DNA of 64,000 bases from Squalus acanthias (Eukaryota), in NCBI GenBank assembly GCA_030390025.1, contig CM059431.1, positions 153,452,001 to 153,516,000 on the forward strand. The letters are read 5' to 3'. Below, piece after piece: positions 10,501-24,075 of this stretch; position 1 is the stretch's first letter; every line of letters begins with the position of its first letter. A program made the position numbers and the translations under genes. The notes beneath the pieces were generated by a model. The model did no database searches, had not been told where the DNA came from, and worked only from the letters and a program-made list of their open reading frames with translations.

Positions 10501-13500
10501 TAAAGAGAGCCTTACCATCAGGGTCCCCTTTTACAGAGTTACTCTCACCATCAGGTTCCCCTTTTAAAGAGAGTATCTCAACATCAGAGGCCCTTTTAAA
10601 GAGGGATTCTTTCTTTCAAGGACCCCATTTAAAGTGAAAGTCTCAGCATTAGGGACCCCTTTTTAAGAGGCTCACCGTCAGGGATCAATTTATTTCTGAA
10701 TCTCACCGTCAGATATGCTTTTAAAGGTGGTGTCTTTCTAGCAGGGAGCCCTTTTAAAGGTTGAGTCTAACACTCAGGACCCCCTTTCAAAGAGGGAGTC
10801 TCACCATCAGGGACTCATTTTAAAGATGAATCTCAACGTTAGCGATCCTTTTAAAGCGGGAGTCTTTCTTTCAAGGACCCCTTATAAAGTGAATGTCTCC
10901 CCATTAGGGACCCCTTTTAAAGAGGCGCACCTTCAGGGACCCCTTTTAAAAAGGGTGGATATGCATCAGAGACTCCTTTTAAAGAAAGAGTCTCAACATC
11001 ATGACCAATTTTAAAGAGAGAGTCTCACCGTCAGGGATCCCTATTAAAGAGGGTGTCTGTCCATCAGTGGCCCCTTTTAAAGAAAGAGTCTCACCATCAG
11101 GAAGCACTTTTAAAAAGAGCTTTACCATCAGGATCCCCTTTTAAAGAGAGAATCTCACCATCAGAGGCACTTTTAAAGAGGGATTCTTTCTTTCAAGGAC
11201 CCCATTTAAAGTGAGTCTCACCATTAGGGTCCCCTTTTAAAGAGGCTCACCTTCAGGGACCAATTTTAAAAAGAGTGGTTATGCATCAGAGATTCCTTTT
11301 AAAGAAAGAGTCTCAACATCATGACCAATTTTAAAGAGAGAGTCTCACCGGCAGGGACCCCTTTTAAAAGGTGAATCTCACAATCAGGGACCCCTTCTAT
11401 AAAGTGAGTCTCACCATCAATGATCAATTTTAAAGAGAGATTCTTTCTATCATGGACCACTTTTAAAGAGAGAATCTCACCATCAGGGACCCTTTTAAAG
11501 AGGGAGTCTTTCTTTCAAGGACACCTTTCAAAGAGAGAGTCACCCCATTAGGGATCACTTTTGAAGAAGATGTCTCACTATCAGGGATCACATTTAAATG
11601 GGGAGTATTTCTATCAGGGAGTACCTTTAAAGAGGAAGACTCACCATCAGAGACACTTTTAAAGAGGGAGTCTTTCTATCGGGTAGCCCTTTTAAAGTGA
11701 GTCTTACAATCAGCGACCCCATTTAAAGAGTGAGTCTCAAAATCAGGGACCCATTTTAAAGAAAGAATTTTTCTATCAGGTACCCCTTTTTAACTGGGCG
11801 TCTTTCTATCAGGGACCCCATAGAGGGAGAGTCGCCCCATTAGGGACACATTTTAAAGAAGCAGTCTCACCATCAGGGACTCTTTTAAAGAGGGTGTTTC
11901 ACCATCAGGGACCCCTTTTAAAGAGGAAGTCTCACCTTCAGGGACCCCTTTAAACTAGAGAGTTTCCCCCTAAGGAAACCCTTTTAAAGAAGAAGTCTCA
12001 TCGTCAAAGATCGCTTTTAAAGAGGGAGTCTCACCATAAGGCACACCTTTTAAAGAGGGATTCTGCATATCAGAGTATAAACGAGAGATTCTCATCATTA
12101 GCGATCACTTTTAAAGAGGGAGGCTTACCATCAGGGACCCCTTTTACAGATAGAGTCTCACACTCAGGGACCCCTTTTAAAGAGAGAATAATACCGTCAG
12201 AGGCGCTTTTAAAGAGAGAGTCTTTCTATCAGGGACCCGTTTATAAGACTGAGTCTCACCCTCGAGAACCATTTTAAAGAGAAAGTATTTCTATCAGGTA
12301 CCCCTTTTAAAGTGGACGTCTTTCTATCAGGGACCTCATAGCGAGAGAGTATCCCCATTAGGGAAACATTTTAAAGAGGGAGTCTCACCATCAGGGCCCC
12401 CTTTTAATGAAGAAGTCTCACCATCAAGTATCCCTTTTAACTAGAGAGTCTCCCCATAAGGGAACCCTTTTAATGAAGAAGTCTCCACGTCAGTGATCGC
12501 TTTTAAAGAGGGTCTCACCATAAGAGACACCATTTAAAGCGGGAGTCTGCATATCAGGGAACCCTTATAAACGAGAGAGTCTCACCATTAGGGATCACTT
12601 TTAACGAGGAAGTCTCACCATCAGAGTCCCCTTTTAAAGAGAGGTTCTTAACCATCAGGGACCCCTTTTAAAGAGGGAGTATCTCCTTCAGGGAACCCTT
12701 TTAATGAGAGAGTCTCTCCACTCGGGAACCCTTTTAAAGATGGAGTTTCAAAATCAGGAACCCCTTTTAAATAGGGTGTCTCACCATTAGGGACATCTTT
12801 TAAAGAGGGTGTCTCACCATCAGGGACGCCTTTTACAGAGGGAGTCTCACCATCAGCGGCCCATTTTAAAGAGAGAGTCTTTCTATGAAGGACCCCTTCA
12901 AAAAGGGCGTCCTTCTATCAGGTATCCCATAAAGAGAGAGTCTCCCCATTCGGGACACTTTTAAAAAGGCAGTCTCACCATCAGGGACCCATTTTGAAGA
13001 GGATGTTTCAGCATCAGGGATTCCGATTAAAGATTGAATCTCACCATCAGGGACCCTTTTAAAGAGCGAGTCGCACCATCAGGGTCGGCTTTTAAAGAGA
13101 GAGTTTCGCCATCAGGGTAACCTTTTAAAGAGGGAGTCTTCGTATCAGGGAGGCATTTTAAAGAGGGTGTCTCACTATCAGCGACTACTTTTAAAGAGGG
13201 AGTCTAACCATCAGTGGTACCTTTTAAAGAGAAAGTCTCTCCTTTAGAGGCCCGTCTTAAAGAGGGAGTTTCACCATCAGGGGCCCCATTAAAACGGGAG
13301 TCTCACCATCAGGGACCCGATTTAAAGAGGAACTCTCTCCACCAGGGACCCCTTTTAAATAGGGTGTCTCACCATTAGGGACCGCTTTTAAAGAGAGAAT
13401 CTCACAATCAGAGATACTTTTAAAGAGGGAGACTTTCGTTCAAGTACACCTTTTAAAGTGGGAGTCCCACCATCAAGGAACACTTTTAAAGAGAGAATCA

Positions 13501-14300
13501 AACCTTCAGAGACGCTTTTAAAGAGTGAGTCTTTGTAGCAGGGAGCCCTTTTAAAGGGAGAGTCTCACACTCAGGGCTCACTTTTAAAGAGAGAATCTCA
13601 CCATCAGAGACCATTTTAAAGAGGAGTCTTTCCAACAGGTAGCCCTTTTAAAGAGTGAGTTTCACCCTCGGGGACTCATTTTAAAGAGTGAGTCTTTCTA
13701 TCAGGGACCCCTTTTAAAGAGGGCGTCTTTCTATCGGCGACACCATAGAGAGAGAGTTTCACCATCAGGGACCCCTTTTAAAGAGGAAGCCTCACCATCA
13801 GGGAGCCCTTTTAACGAGAGTGTCACCAATTAGGGATACCTTTTAATGAGTAAGTCTCACCATCAGAGTCCGCTTTTAAAGAGAGAGTTTCACCATCAGG
13901 GACCACTTTTAAAGAGGGAGTGTCTCCATCAGGGCCCACTTTTTAAGAGAGAGTCTCACCATCAGTGGCCCCTTTAAAAGAGGAAGTCTCCCCATCAGAG
14001 ACCCCTGATAAAGAGAGAGTTGACCATCAGGGTCCCCTTTCAAAGTGGGCGTATCCCCTTCAGTGACCACTATTAATGAGAGAGTCTCTACAACAGGGAA
14101 CACTTTTAAAGAGGGAATCTCACTATCAGGGCCCCCTTTAAAACAGAGTGTCTTTCTATCAGTGACCCCTTTTAAAATGGAAGTCTTTCTATCAGTGACT
14201 CCTTTTTTAAGAGAGTCTCCCCATTAGGGACACTTTTTAAAGAGGGAGTCTCACCATCAGTTCCCTTTTATATGGGTATTTCAGCATCAGGGACTCCTAT

Positions 14301-14859
14301 TCATAGAATCATAGAAGATAGGAGCAGGAGTAGGCCAATCGGCCCCTTTAGCCTGCTCCGCCCTCCAATGCGATCATGGCTGATTATCCAAATTCAGTAC
14401 GCTGTCCCTGCTTTCTCCCCATATCCCTTGATCCCTTTAGCCTTAAGCAATATAAACAACTATTTCTTGAATCTATTTAATGAATTTGCGTCTACTGCCT
14501 TCGGTGGCACAGAATTCCACAGGTTCACCACTCTCTGGGTTATTTCTGTCCTAAATGGCTTACTCCTTATCCTTAGACTGTGACCCCTGGTTCTGAACTT
14601 TCCGACCATCGGGAACATCCTCCCTGCATCTAGTTTGTCCTGTCCTGTCAGAATTATAAAGGTTTCAATGAGATCCCTCTCATTCTTCTAAACTCCAGCG
14701 AGGACAAGCCCAATCGACCCAATCTCGCTTCATACGTCATTCCTGCCATCCCAGGTATCAGCCTGGTAAATCTTCGCTGAACTCCTTCCATGGCAAGAAC
14801 ATCCTTCCTTAGATAAGGCGATCAAAACTGCGTAAAGTACGCAAGGTGTGGTCTCACCA
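14301..14859 (-). mobile_element. 5'-truncated CR1 LINE 3' fragment
   Basis: Reverse complement shows the ORF2 C-terminus (VRPHL region), the 3' UTR GGCCTACTCCTGCTCCTATC and the TTCTATGA tail; similar to the 3' end at 54430-54520. Confidence 0.88.
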
Positions 14860-16007
14860 TCAGGGACCCCTTTTAAAGAGGGTGTCTTTCTATCAGCGAG
14901 TCATTTTAACGTGAGTCTTACCATCAAAGACCCCTATTAATGAGTGAGTCTCACCATCAGAGATTCCTTAAAAGAGGGAGTGCCTCCATCAGGGAACCCA
15001 TTTAAAGAAAGAGTGTCTCTATCAGGGACTACTTTTAAAGAGTAGGTTTCTCCAACACGGACCCCTTTTAAATAGAGTGTCTCCCCATCAGGATCCCTTT
15101 TAAAGAGGGAGTCTCGGCAACAGGGACCCCTTTTGAAGAGGATGTATCAGCATCAGGTACTCCGATTAAAGAGGGTGTGTCTCTATCATGGACCGTTTTA
15201 AAAGAGGGTGTCACCCCATCAGGACCCCTTTGAAAAGGGAAGTCTGCCAAACAGGACCCCTTTTAAAGAGAGAACCTCAGCATTGGGGACAGCTTTTAAA
15301 GAGGGAGTCTCAGCATCAGGGGTTCCTTTTAAAACGGGAGTCTCACCATCAGGGATCCCTTTTAAAGAGTGAGTGTCATCGTCAGAGACCCTTTTAAAGA
15401 GGGAGTCTTTCTATCAGTGCGCCCTTTTAAAGAGAGTGTCTCACCATCAGGTATCCCTTTGAAAGAGAGGGACTCCACATCAGAGACCCGTTTAAAGAGA
15501 GAATTTCCCCATTAGGGATTCCTTTTAAAGAAGTCGCAACATCAGGGATCCCTTTTAAAGAGGGAGTCTTTCTATTAGGGAGTCCTTTTAAAGAGGGAGT
15601 CTCGTCATCAGAGACCCAATTTAAAGGGAGACTCGCACCATCAGGGACACCTTTTAAAGAGAAGGTCTCAACAAAAGGGATCCCTTTTAAAGAGGGTGTC
15701 TCAACATCAGGGACCCCTTTTAAAGGAAAGCCTCACATTTAGGGGACCCACATAAATAGGGAGTCTCACCATCAGGGACTACTTTTAAATGAGAGGGTAT
15801 CCCCATTAGTATCACTTTTAAAGAGGAAGCCTCCCCATCAGAGACCACTTTTAAAGAGAGAGTCTTTCCACCAGGGACCCCTTTTAAAGAGGGAGACTTA
15901 CAATCGGACACCTTTTCACGAGGGAGTCTCGCCATCAGGGACCCCTTTTAAAGAGGGAGTCTCCCCAACAGTGACAACTCTTAAAGAGGGTGTCTCACCA
16001 TCAGGGA

Positions 16008-17890
16008 ATGATGTGGAGATGCCGGCGTTGGACTGGGGTGGACAAAAATGAGAAGTCGCACAACACCAGGTTATAGTCCAACAGATTTATTTAATTTTAC
16101 AAGCTTTCGAAGCAGTTCGCTCCTTCTTCAGGTAAGTTAGCAATGAGAGAATCTCCCAGAATTCACAATTTAAACCCAGACAAAATCTATTCACATTATT
16201 CCCTACAACAAAGAGCACAGCCAAGACAATGAGATGTGTCCCAGGAGGTCCAACGTGTCAAACCACCTGCTGGCTGCATATCCTGTCAATTTGTGTTCTT
16301 GTGTTAGTCTTTTAAAAAAAAAACACCTGGGAAGACCGGCCATGATGTCAAGTCACGTTCTGTATCGTGACATGAACCCGATATCGCGATTGAGGCCATC
16401 CTCATGAGTGCAGAACTTGGCTATCAGTTTCTGCTCTATGATTTTGCGCTGTCGTGTATCTCGAAGGCCGCCTTGGAGAACGCTTACCCACAGATCCAAG
16501 GCTGAATGCCCCTGGCTGCTGAAGTGTTCCCCGACTGGAATGCAACCCTCCTGCCTGGCGATTGTTGCGCGGTGTCCGTTCATACGTTGTCTCAGTGTCT
16601 GCATGGTCTCGCCGATGTACCATGCTCTGGAGCATCCGTTACTGCAACGTATCAGGTAGACAACGTTGGCCGAGTCACATGAGTATGTACCGTGTATCTG
16701 GTGGGTAGTGTCCTCACGTGTAATGATGGTATCTGTGTCCATGATTTGGCATGTCTTGCAGAGGTTGCCGTGGCAGGGTTGTGTGGTGTCTTGGTTGCTG
16801 TTCTCCTGAAAGATGGGTAATCTGCTGCGAACGATGGTACTTTTGAGGTTAGGCGGCTGATTGAAGGCGAGTAGTGGAGGCGTGGGGATGGCCTTAGCAA
16901 AGTTGTTCGTCGTCATCGATGATATGTTGAAGGCTGCGAAGAACATGGCGTAGTTATTCCGCTCCGGGGAAGTACTGGACGACGTAGGGTACTCTGTTGG
17001 TTGTGTCCCGTGTTCGTCTTCTGAGGAGGTCTATGCGGTTTTTCGCTGTGGCCCGTCGGAACTGTCGATCGACGAGTCGAGCGTCATATCCCGTTCTTAC
17101 GAGGGCATCTTTCAGTGTCCATAGGTGTCGATCGCGTTCCTCCTCGTCTGAGCAGATCCTGTGTATTCGCAGGGCTTGTCCATAGGGGATGGCTTCTTTA
17201 ACGTGGTTAGGGTGGAAGCTGGAGAAGTGGAGCATCGTGAGGTTGTCCGTGGGCTTGCGGTAGAGTGAAGTGCTGAGGCGTCCGTCTTTGATGGAGATTC
17301 GTGTGTCCAAGAATGAAACCGATTCTGAGGAGTAGTCCATGGTGAGTTTGATGGTGGGATGGAACCTGTTGATGCTATCGTGTAGTCCTTTCAGTGATCC
17401 TTCGCCGTGGGTCCAAAGGAAGAAGATGTCGTCGATGTGTCTGGTGCACAGCGTTGGTTGGAGGTCCTGTGCAGCGAAGAAGTCTTGCTCGAACTTGTGC
17501 ATGAAGATGTTGGCGTATTGGGGTGCGAATTTGGTCCCCATGGCTGTTCCTTGTGTTTGGGTGAAAAAATGGTTGTCGAAGGTGAAGACATTGTGGTCAA
17601 GGATGAAGCGGATGAGTTGTAGGATGGCGTCCGGAGATTGGCTGTTGTTGGTGTTGAGTACTGAGGCTGTCGCAGCGATGCCGTCATTGTGGGGGATATT
17701 GGTGTAGAGTGCCGATACGTCCATTGTGACGAGGAGTGTTCCTGGTTCAACTGGTCCATGGGTGCTGAGTTTCTGCAAGAAGTCTGTAGTGTCGCGACAG
17801 AAGCTGGGGGTTCCCTGTACGATGGGTTTCAGGATGCCCTCGACGTACCCAGAGAGGTTCTCACACAGGGTTCCGTTGCCTGATACGATA
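16008..17890 (-). mobile_element. 5'-truncated Penelope-like element (same family, different 3' UTR variant) with complete 3' pLTR
   Basis: ORFs 16954-17778 (RT) and 16353-16946 (linker + GIY-YIG) are closely similar to 2658-4250. Flanked on both sides by ACCATCAGGGAA (15997-16008 and 17890-17901), a possible TSD. Confidence 0.93.
16097..16135 (-). ncRNA. Minimal type I hammerhead ribozyme in the 3' pLTR
   Basis: Minus strand: UUAC-CUGAAGA-A-GGAGC gaacu GCUUC-GAAA-GCUU-GUAA; core intact, stem I covaries with the copy at 799-836. Confidence 0.8.
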
Positions 17891-20800
17891 CCATCAGGGA
17901 AGGCATTTAAAGATGAGAGTCTTTCTATCAGGGATCAGTTTTAAAGAAGGAATCTCACCATCAGGGATCCCTTTTAAATAGAAAGTCACCATATCAGGGA
18001 CCCCTTTTAAAGAGGGAGTCTCACCATCAGTGACCCCTTTTAAAGAGGGAGTCTCAACAACAGGTACCCCTTTTAAAGACGGAATCTCAGCATCAGGAAC
18101 CCCTTTTAAAGAGAGAGTATTTCTATCAGGGAGTCCTTTTAAAGAAGGAGTCTCACCATCAGAGACCCAATTTAAACAGACAGTCGCACCATCAGGGACC
18201 CCTTTTAAAGAGGGTCTATCCCCTTCAAGGACTCATTTTAATGATAGGGTATCTCCACCTGGTACCTCTTTTAATGAGGGAGACTCACTATCAGGGGCCC
18301 CTTTTAAAGAGGGAGTCTCACCTTCAGGGATCCATTTTAAAGAGGGAGACTTTCTCTCGGGGAGACCTTTTAAAGAGTGAGTCTCACCATCAGGGATCCC
18401 TTTAAAGATGTAGTCTTAGCATGTGGTATCCAGTTTAAAGATTGAGTCTCACCATCAGGGATCTCTTTTAAAGAGACAGATTCTCCCCATTAAGGGATCC
18501 CTTTCAAAGTGGGTGTCTCACCATCAAATACCCTTTTAAACAGGAAGTCTCACCATCAGGGTCTCCTATTAAAGAGTGAAATTCACCAACAGGGACACTT
18601 TTAAAGAGGAATCTTTCTATCAGGGATCCATTTTAAAGAGGCTGTCTCATCATTAGAACCCCTTTTAAAGGGGGTGTCTCACCAACAGGGACAGCTTTTA
18701 TAGAGGGTGTCTCACCATCCGGGAACATTTTAAAGAGGCAGTCTCCCCATGAGGGACCCCTTTTAAAGAGAGCGTTTCGCCATCAGGTTCCCTTTTTAAA
18801 GTGATAGTCTTTCTATCAGGGACCCCTTTTAAAGAGGGAGTCTCAGCATCAGGGAACCCATTTAAAGAGAGAATATCCCCATTAAAAGAAGAAGGCTCAC
18901 CATCTGGGATCACTTTTAAAGAGGGAGTCTTTTCAGCAGGGAGACGATTTAAAGCGGGAGTCTCACCACCACAGACCCAATTTAAAGAGAGAGTCGCACC
19001 ATCAGGGCGCCTTTTAAAGAGGGCGTATCACCTTCAGGTGCCCATTTTAATTAGAGAGTCTTTCCACCAGGGACCCGTTTTAAAGAGGGAGTGGCACCAT
19101 CACGGACCCCTTTTATAGAGGGAGTCTCCACAACAGGGACTCCTTTTAAAGAGAGAGTTTTGCCATCAGTGTCCCCTTTTAAAGAGGGAGTCTTTCTATC
19201 AGGGAGCACTTTTCATGTGATTCTTACCATCAGGGACCCCTTTTAAAGTGGGAGTGTCTCAATCAGGGTCACTTTTAAATAGGATGTCTCCCCATCAGGG
19301 ACCCCTTTTGAGGAGGGTGTCTAACCATCAGGAGCCCCTTTTATAGAGGGAGACTCACCGTCAGGGACCCCTTTTAAAGTGGAAGTCTCACCATCAGGGA
19401 CCCCTTTTAGAGAGAGAGTCTCACCATCAGGGTTCCCTTTTTAAGAGGGTTATTTCTATCAGGGAGCCCTTTTAAAGCAAATGTAACCATCAGGGATCCC
19501 TTTTAAAGAGCTTATCTTTCTATCAGGGAGCCCTTTTAAAGATGGAGTCTCACGATCAGAGATTCTTTTAAAGAGGAACCCTTTTAAAAACAGTCTTAAC
19601 ATCTTGGACCCCTTTTAATGATTGAGTCTCACCATCAGTATCCCTGATAAAGAGAGATTCTCACACTCTGGGACACATTTGAAAGAGGGTGTCTCCCCAT
19701 CAGGGACCGCTTTTAAAGAAGGAGTGTTTCCAGCAGGGAGACGATTTAAAGCGTGAGTCTCATCACCACAGACCCAATTTAAAGAGAGAGTCGCACCATC
19801 AGTTACCGCTTTTTAAAGAAAGAGAGTCTCCATCAGTGACACCTTTTAAAAAGGGTGTATCTTCATCAGGGACACCTTTTAAAGAGGGTGTCTCCCATCA
19901 GGATCCCTTTTGAATAGGGAGTCTCCCCAAAAGGGACACCTTTTAAAGAGGGAGACTCACCATCAGGGATCCCTTTTAAATAGAGAGTCTCAACAACAGG
20001 GACCCCTTTTAAAGAGGGAGTCTTTCTATCAGGGTCCCCTTTTAAAGATACTCTTACCATCCGGGAACAGTTTTAAAGAGTGAGTCTCATCATCAGGGAT
20101 CTCTTTTAAAGAAGAAGTCTCACCATCAGGGTAAACTTTTAAAGAGGGTATCTCACCTCCAGAGACCCAATTTAAAGAGAGAGTTGCACCATCAGGGACC
20201 CCTTTTTAAGATAGAGTATCCCCTTCACGGACCCATTTTAATGAGAGAGTCTCTCCACCAGGGAACTTTAACGTGGAAGTCTCACCATCAGGGACCTCTT
20301 TTAAAGAGGGAGTCTCACCCAAAGGGACCCCTTTTAAAGAGTGAGTCTCACCATCAGGGATTGTTTTAAAGAGGGAGGCTTTCTATCAGGGAGCTATTTT
20401 AAAGAGAGCCTTACCATCAGGGTTCCCTTTTATTGAAGGAGTCTTTCTATCAGGGAGCCCTTTTAAAGAGGATGTCTCACAATCAGAGACCCTTTTAAAG
20501 ATGGAGTATTTCTCTCAGGGAAACCTTTTAAAGAGAGTCTTACTATCAGGGACACTTTCTAAAGAGAGAGTCTCACCATCAGAGACCCTTTTAAAAAGGG
20601 AACCATCAGGGTCTCCTTTTAAAGAGTGAGTCTCACCATGATGGACCCTTTTAAAGAGGGTTTATTTCTTTGAAGGACGCTTTTAAAGTGAGAGTCTCCC
20701 ATGAGGTATCTCTTTTAAAGATGCTCACCATCAGGGAGCACTTTTCAAGAGGGAGTCCTTCAATCAGAGAGTCAGTTTAAAGAGGGAATTTCACCATCAG

Positions 20801-23566
20801 AGACATTTTAAAGAGGGTGTCTCACCATCAGGGAGCCCTTTTAAACGAGATTGTTTCCCCATTAGGGAACCCTATTAAAGAATGAGTCTTTCTATCAGAG
20901 ACCCTTTTAAAGAGGGATTCTTTCTCTCAGGGAGCCCTTTTAAAGAGAGTCTTACCATCAGGGACCCCTTTAAAGAGGGAGTCTCACACTCAGGGACCCC
21001 TTTAAATGAGGGTGTCTCGTAATCAGGGACCCATTTTAAAGAGGGAGTCTCAACATCAGGAACCCCTTTTAAAAAGAGAGAATCTAACCTTGAGGGATCC
21101 TTTTCAAATAGGGAGTCTCACCATCAGAGATCCTTTCAGAGAGTGAGACTCACCATCAGGGACCCCTTGTAAAGAGGGATTCTTTCTATCAGGGAGTGCT
21201 TTTAAATTGGGAGTCTCAACATCAGAGACACTTTTAAAGAGGGAGTCTCACCATCAGGGACTCCTTATATAGAGGGAGCCTCAGCATCAGGGTCCCCTTT
21301 TAAAGATGTTGTCTCATCATCAGAGACCCAATTTAAAGACACAGTCGCACCATCAGGGACCCCTTTTAAAGTGGGTCTATCCCTTTCATGGACACATTTT
21401 AATGAGAAAGTATCTCAACCAGGGACACCTTTTAAAGAGGGTGTCTCACCATCAGGGACTATATTTAAAGAGCGAGTCTCACCATCAGGGATCACTTTTA
21501 CAGATGGAGTCTCATCATCAGGGCTCCATTTAAAGAGGGAGCCTTTCTCTCAGGGAGCCCTTTTAAAGAGGGAGTTTCAGCATGAGGGATCCCCTTTTTA
21601 AGAGTGAGTCATAGCATCTGGGTCCCTTTTAAAGATTGAGTCTCACCATCAGGGATCACTTTTAAAGAGTTGAGTCTTTCTATCCGGGAGTCCTTTTAAA
21701 GAGGGAGTCTCACCATCAGAGACTCCTTTTAAAGAGAGAGAATCTCCCCATTAGGGATCAATTTCAAAGAGGGAGTCTCACCGGCAGAGACACTTTTAAA
21801 GAGGCTGTGTCATCATCAGGGTCTCCTTTTAAAGAGTGAGACTCACCATCAGGGACCCCTTGTAAGGAGGGAGTCTTTATATCAGGGACCCCTTTTAAAG
21901 AGGGAGTCTCAGCATCAGGGACCCTTTTAAGGGGGAGTCTTTCTCTCAGAGAGCCCTTTGAAAGATGGATTATTTCTATCAGGGAGCTACATTAAAGTGA
22001 GCCTTACCATCAGGGATCCCTTTTAAAGAGGGAGTCTCACAATCAGAGACCCTTTTAAAGAGGGAGTCTTTCTCTCAGTGAGGCATTTTAAAGAGGGAGT
22101 CTCACCATCAGGGCCCACTTTTAAAGAGAGAGAATCTCCCCATTAGGGATCCCTTTCAAAGAGGGAGTCTCACCGGCAGAGACCCTTTTCAAGAGAGTGA
22201 GTCATCATCGGGGTCTCCTTTTAAAGAGTGAGACTCACCATCAGGGACCCCTTGTAAAGCGGGAGTCTTTCTATCAGGGACCCCTTTTAAAGAGGGAGTC
22301 TCAAAATCAGGGACCCCTTTTAAAGAGAGAATATCCCCATTAGGGATCCCTTTTAAAAACAATGTCGCAGCATCTTTGACACAATTTAAAGTGGGTGGAT
22401 GCCCCTCAGGGACTCATTATAACTTTACAGTCTCTCCACCAGCGACCCTTTTTATAGAGGGAGTCTCACCATCAGGGAGCCCTTTTAAAGTGTGAGTCTC
22501 ACCATCAGGAATCCCTTTTGACGATGGAGTTTCACCATATAAGGTTCCATTTTAAAGCGTGAGTCTTAGCAGCTGGGATCCCTTTTAAAGAGGGAGTCTC
22601 ATCATCAGAGATCCTTTTAAAGACGGAGTCTATCTCTCAGGGAGCCCTTTTAAAGATAATGAAGTGATAATTACAAGTCCCAGCCCTTTTGGACTACCGC
22701 AGATCAGGCGTATTCCCCAGACGTTTACCTTCAACTAAAGTTTGCGGTAGCCGGTTCCTATAGACGCTTAATTGGGTCTAAAGGTCAGGCTACCTTTTCC
22801 TAAAGGAAAGAAACGGTCTAAAGTTGTAACCGTCCTCCAGATAGTACTTTTAAAATGTTTAACTAGACTGAAACCTTCCGGATATTATGAGGGTCCGGAA
22901 TACCCCTCAGAATTCTACCAGTCCTTTGATTGCACAGAAATTGAGTTCGCAAGATGATACAGTATTGTTCTTTGAGACAATTTTAACAATATATAGATTT
23001 ATTGACGAAACGACATTTAGATTACATATATTATGGCAATCACAACTTTAATCGTTCAAAATACAAATAGCTTACATTTCTTATCAGAGATCCTTATTCT
23101 CAAAACTTAACTTCGTTACATTTCCACATTTCTACTTATTTCTTAATCCAGAATATCCACCAAAATCAAATACCTTGATTACCCGAGTCTCAAATGTTGT
23201 AAACTTACAGAGAATGTCTGTGAAGTTGAGAAACGCTTTTCGTCCCAGTGATTTCTGAATTTTCTGTTTGAAAAGATCTATTTTTATATCTATTTTGGGT
23301 GGTTTATCCTTTGCAGTTTTCCTGATGATGTAAGCTTTATTGTATAAAGTTATGTCTTTGCTGACTTTGTTCTATTCTTTATTGATATCTCTGTTGAATG
23401 CTTTCTGTCTGCACTCTCAATTTAGATATTGCATGCATAATTATGTCTGTAGCATAGAGGTTTCAAAAACCGTCATATAACCAAGAACAGCAATGGTTTC
23501 TGTTTGACACAATTCTTATCAAAGTCTTTCTACTGATTTTATAATACTACTTTAACTGGTTATTAT

Positions 23567-23879
23567 CACAGAGGCGGCGGACCTGGGTGGAGCGGCTGCG
23601 GCGAGGCGGAGGACTTAAGAGGCGGCGGCGACCAGGTCGGCCCACAGAGGCGGCGGACCTGGGTGGAGCGGCTGCGGCGAGGCGGAGGACTTAAGAGGCG
23701 GCGGCGACCAGGTAGGCCCACAGAGGCGGCGGACCTGGGTGGAGCGGCTGCGGCGAGGCGGAGGACTTATGAGGCGGCGGCGACCAGGTAGGCCCACAGA
23801 GGCGGCGGACCTGGGTGGAGCGGCTGCGGCGAGGCGGAGGACTTAAGAGGCGGCGGAGACCAGGTAGGCCCACAGAGGC
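23567..23879 (+). repeat. 76-bp GC-rich tandem monomers (4 full + partial) at the CR1 5' end
   Basis: CACAGAGGC starts at 23567, 23643, 23719, 23795 and 23871; units nearly identical. Confidence 0.95.
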
Positions 23880-24075
23880 TTTTAAAGTGCGGGACGCAGT
23901 GGTTGCTGGGTAGGTGATTAATTTTTACCTGTATATAAGTTGGGCGGTTCCTAAACCCGAGACACTACACTTGTAGTGTCCCCCACCCTTCCTCCTCCTC
24001 TAACCTAAAGGAGGTGAGTGACTATCAGGTAAGCTCTTTTTTGTTCTAGTTTAATCTGCAAGTTAGCTGGAGAGG

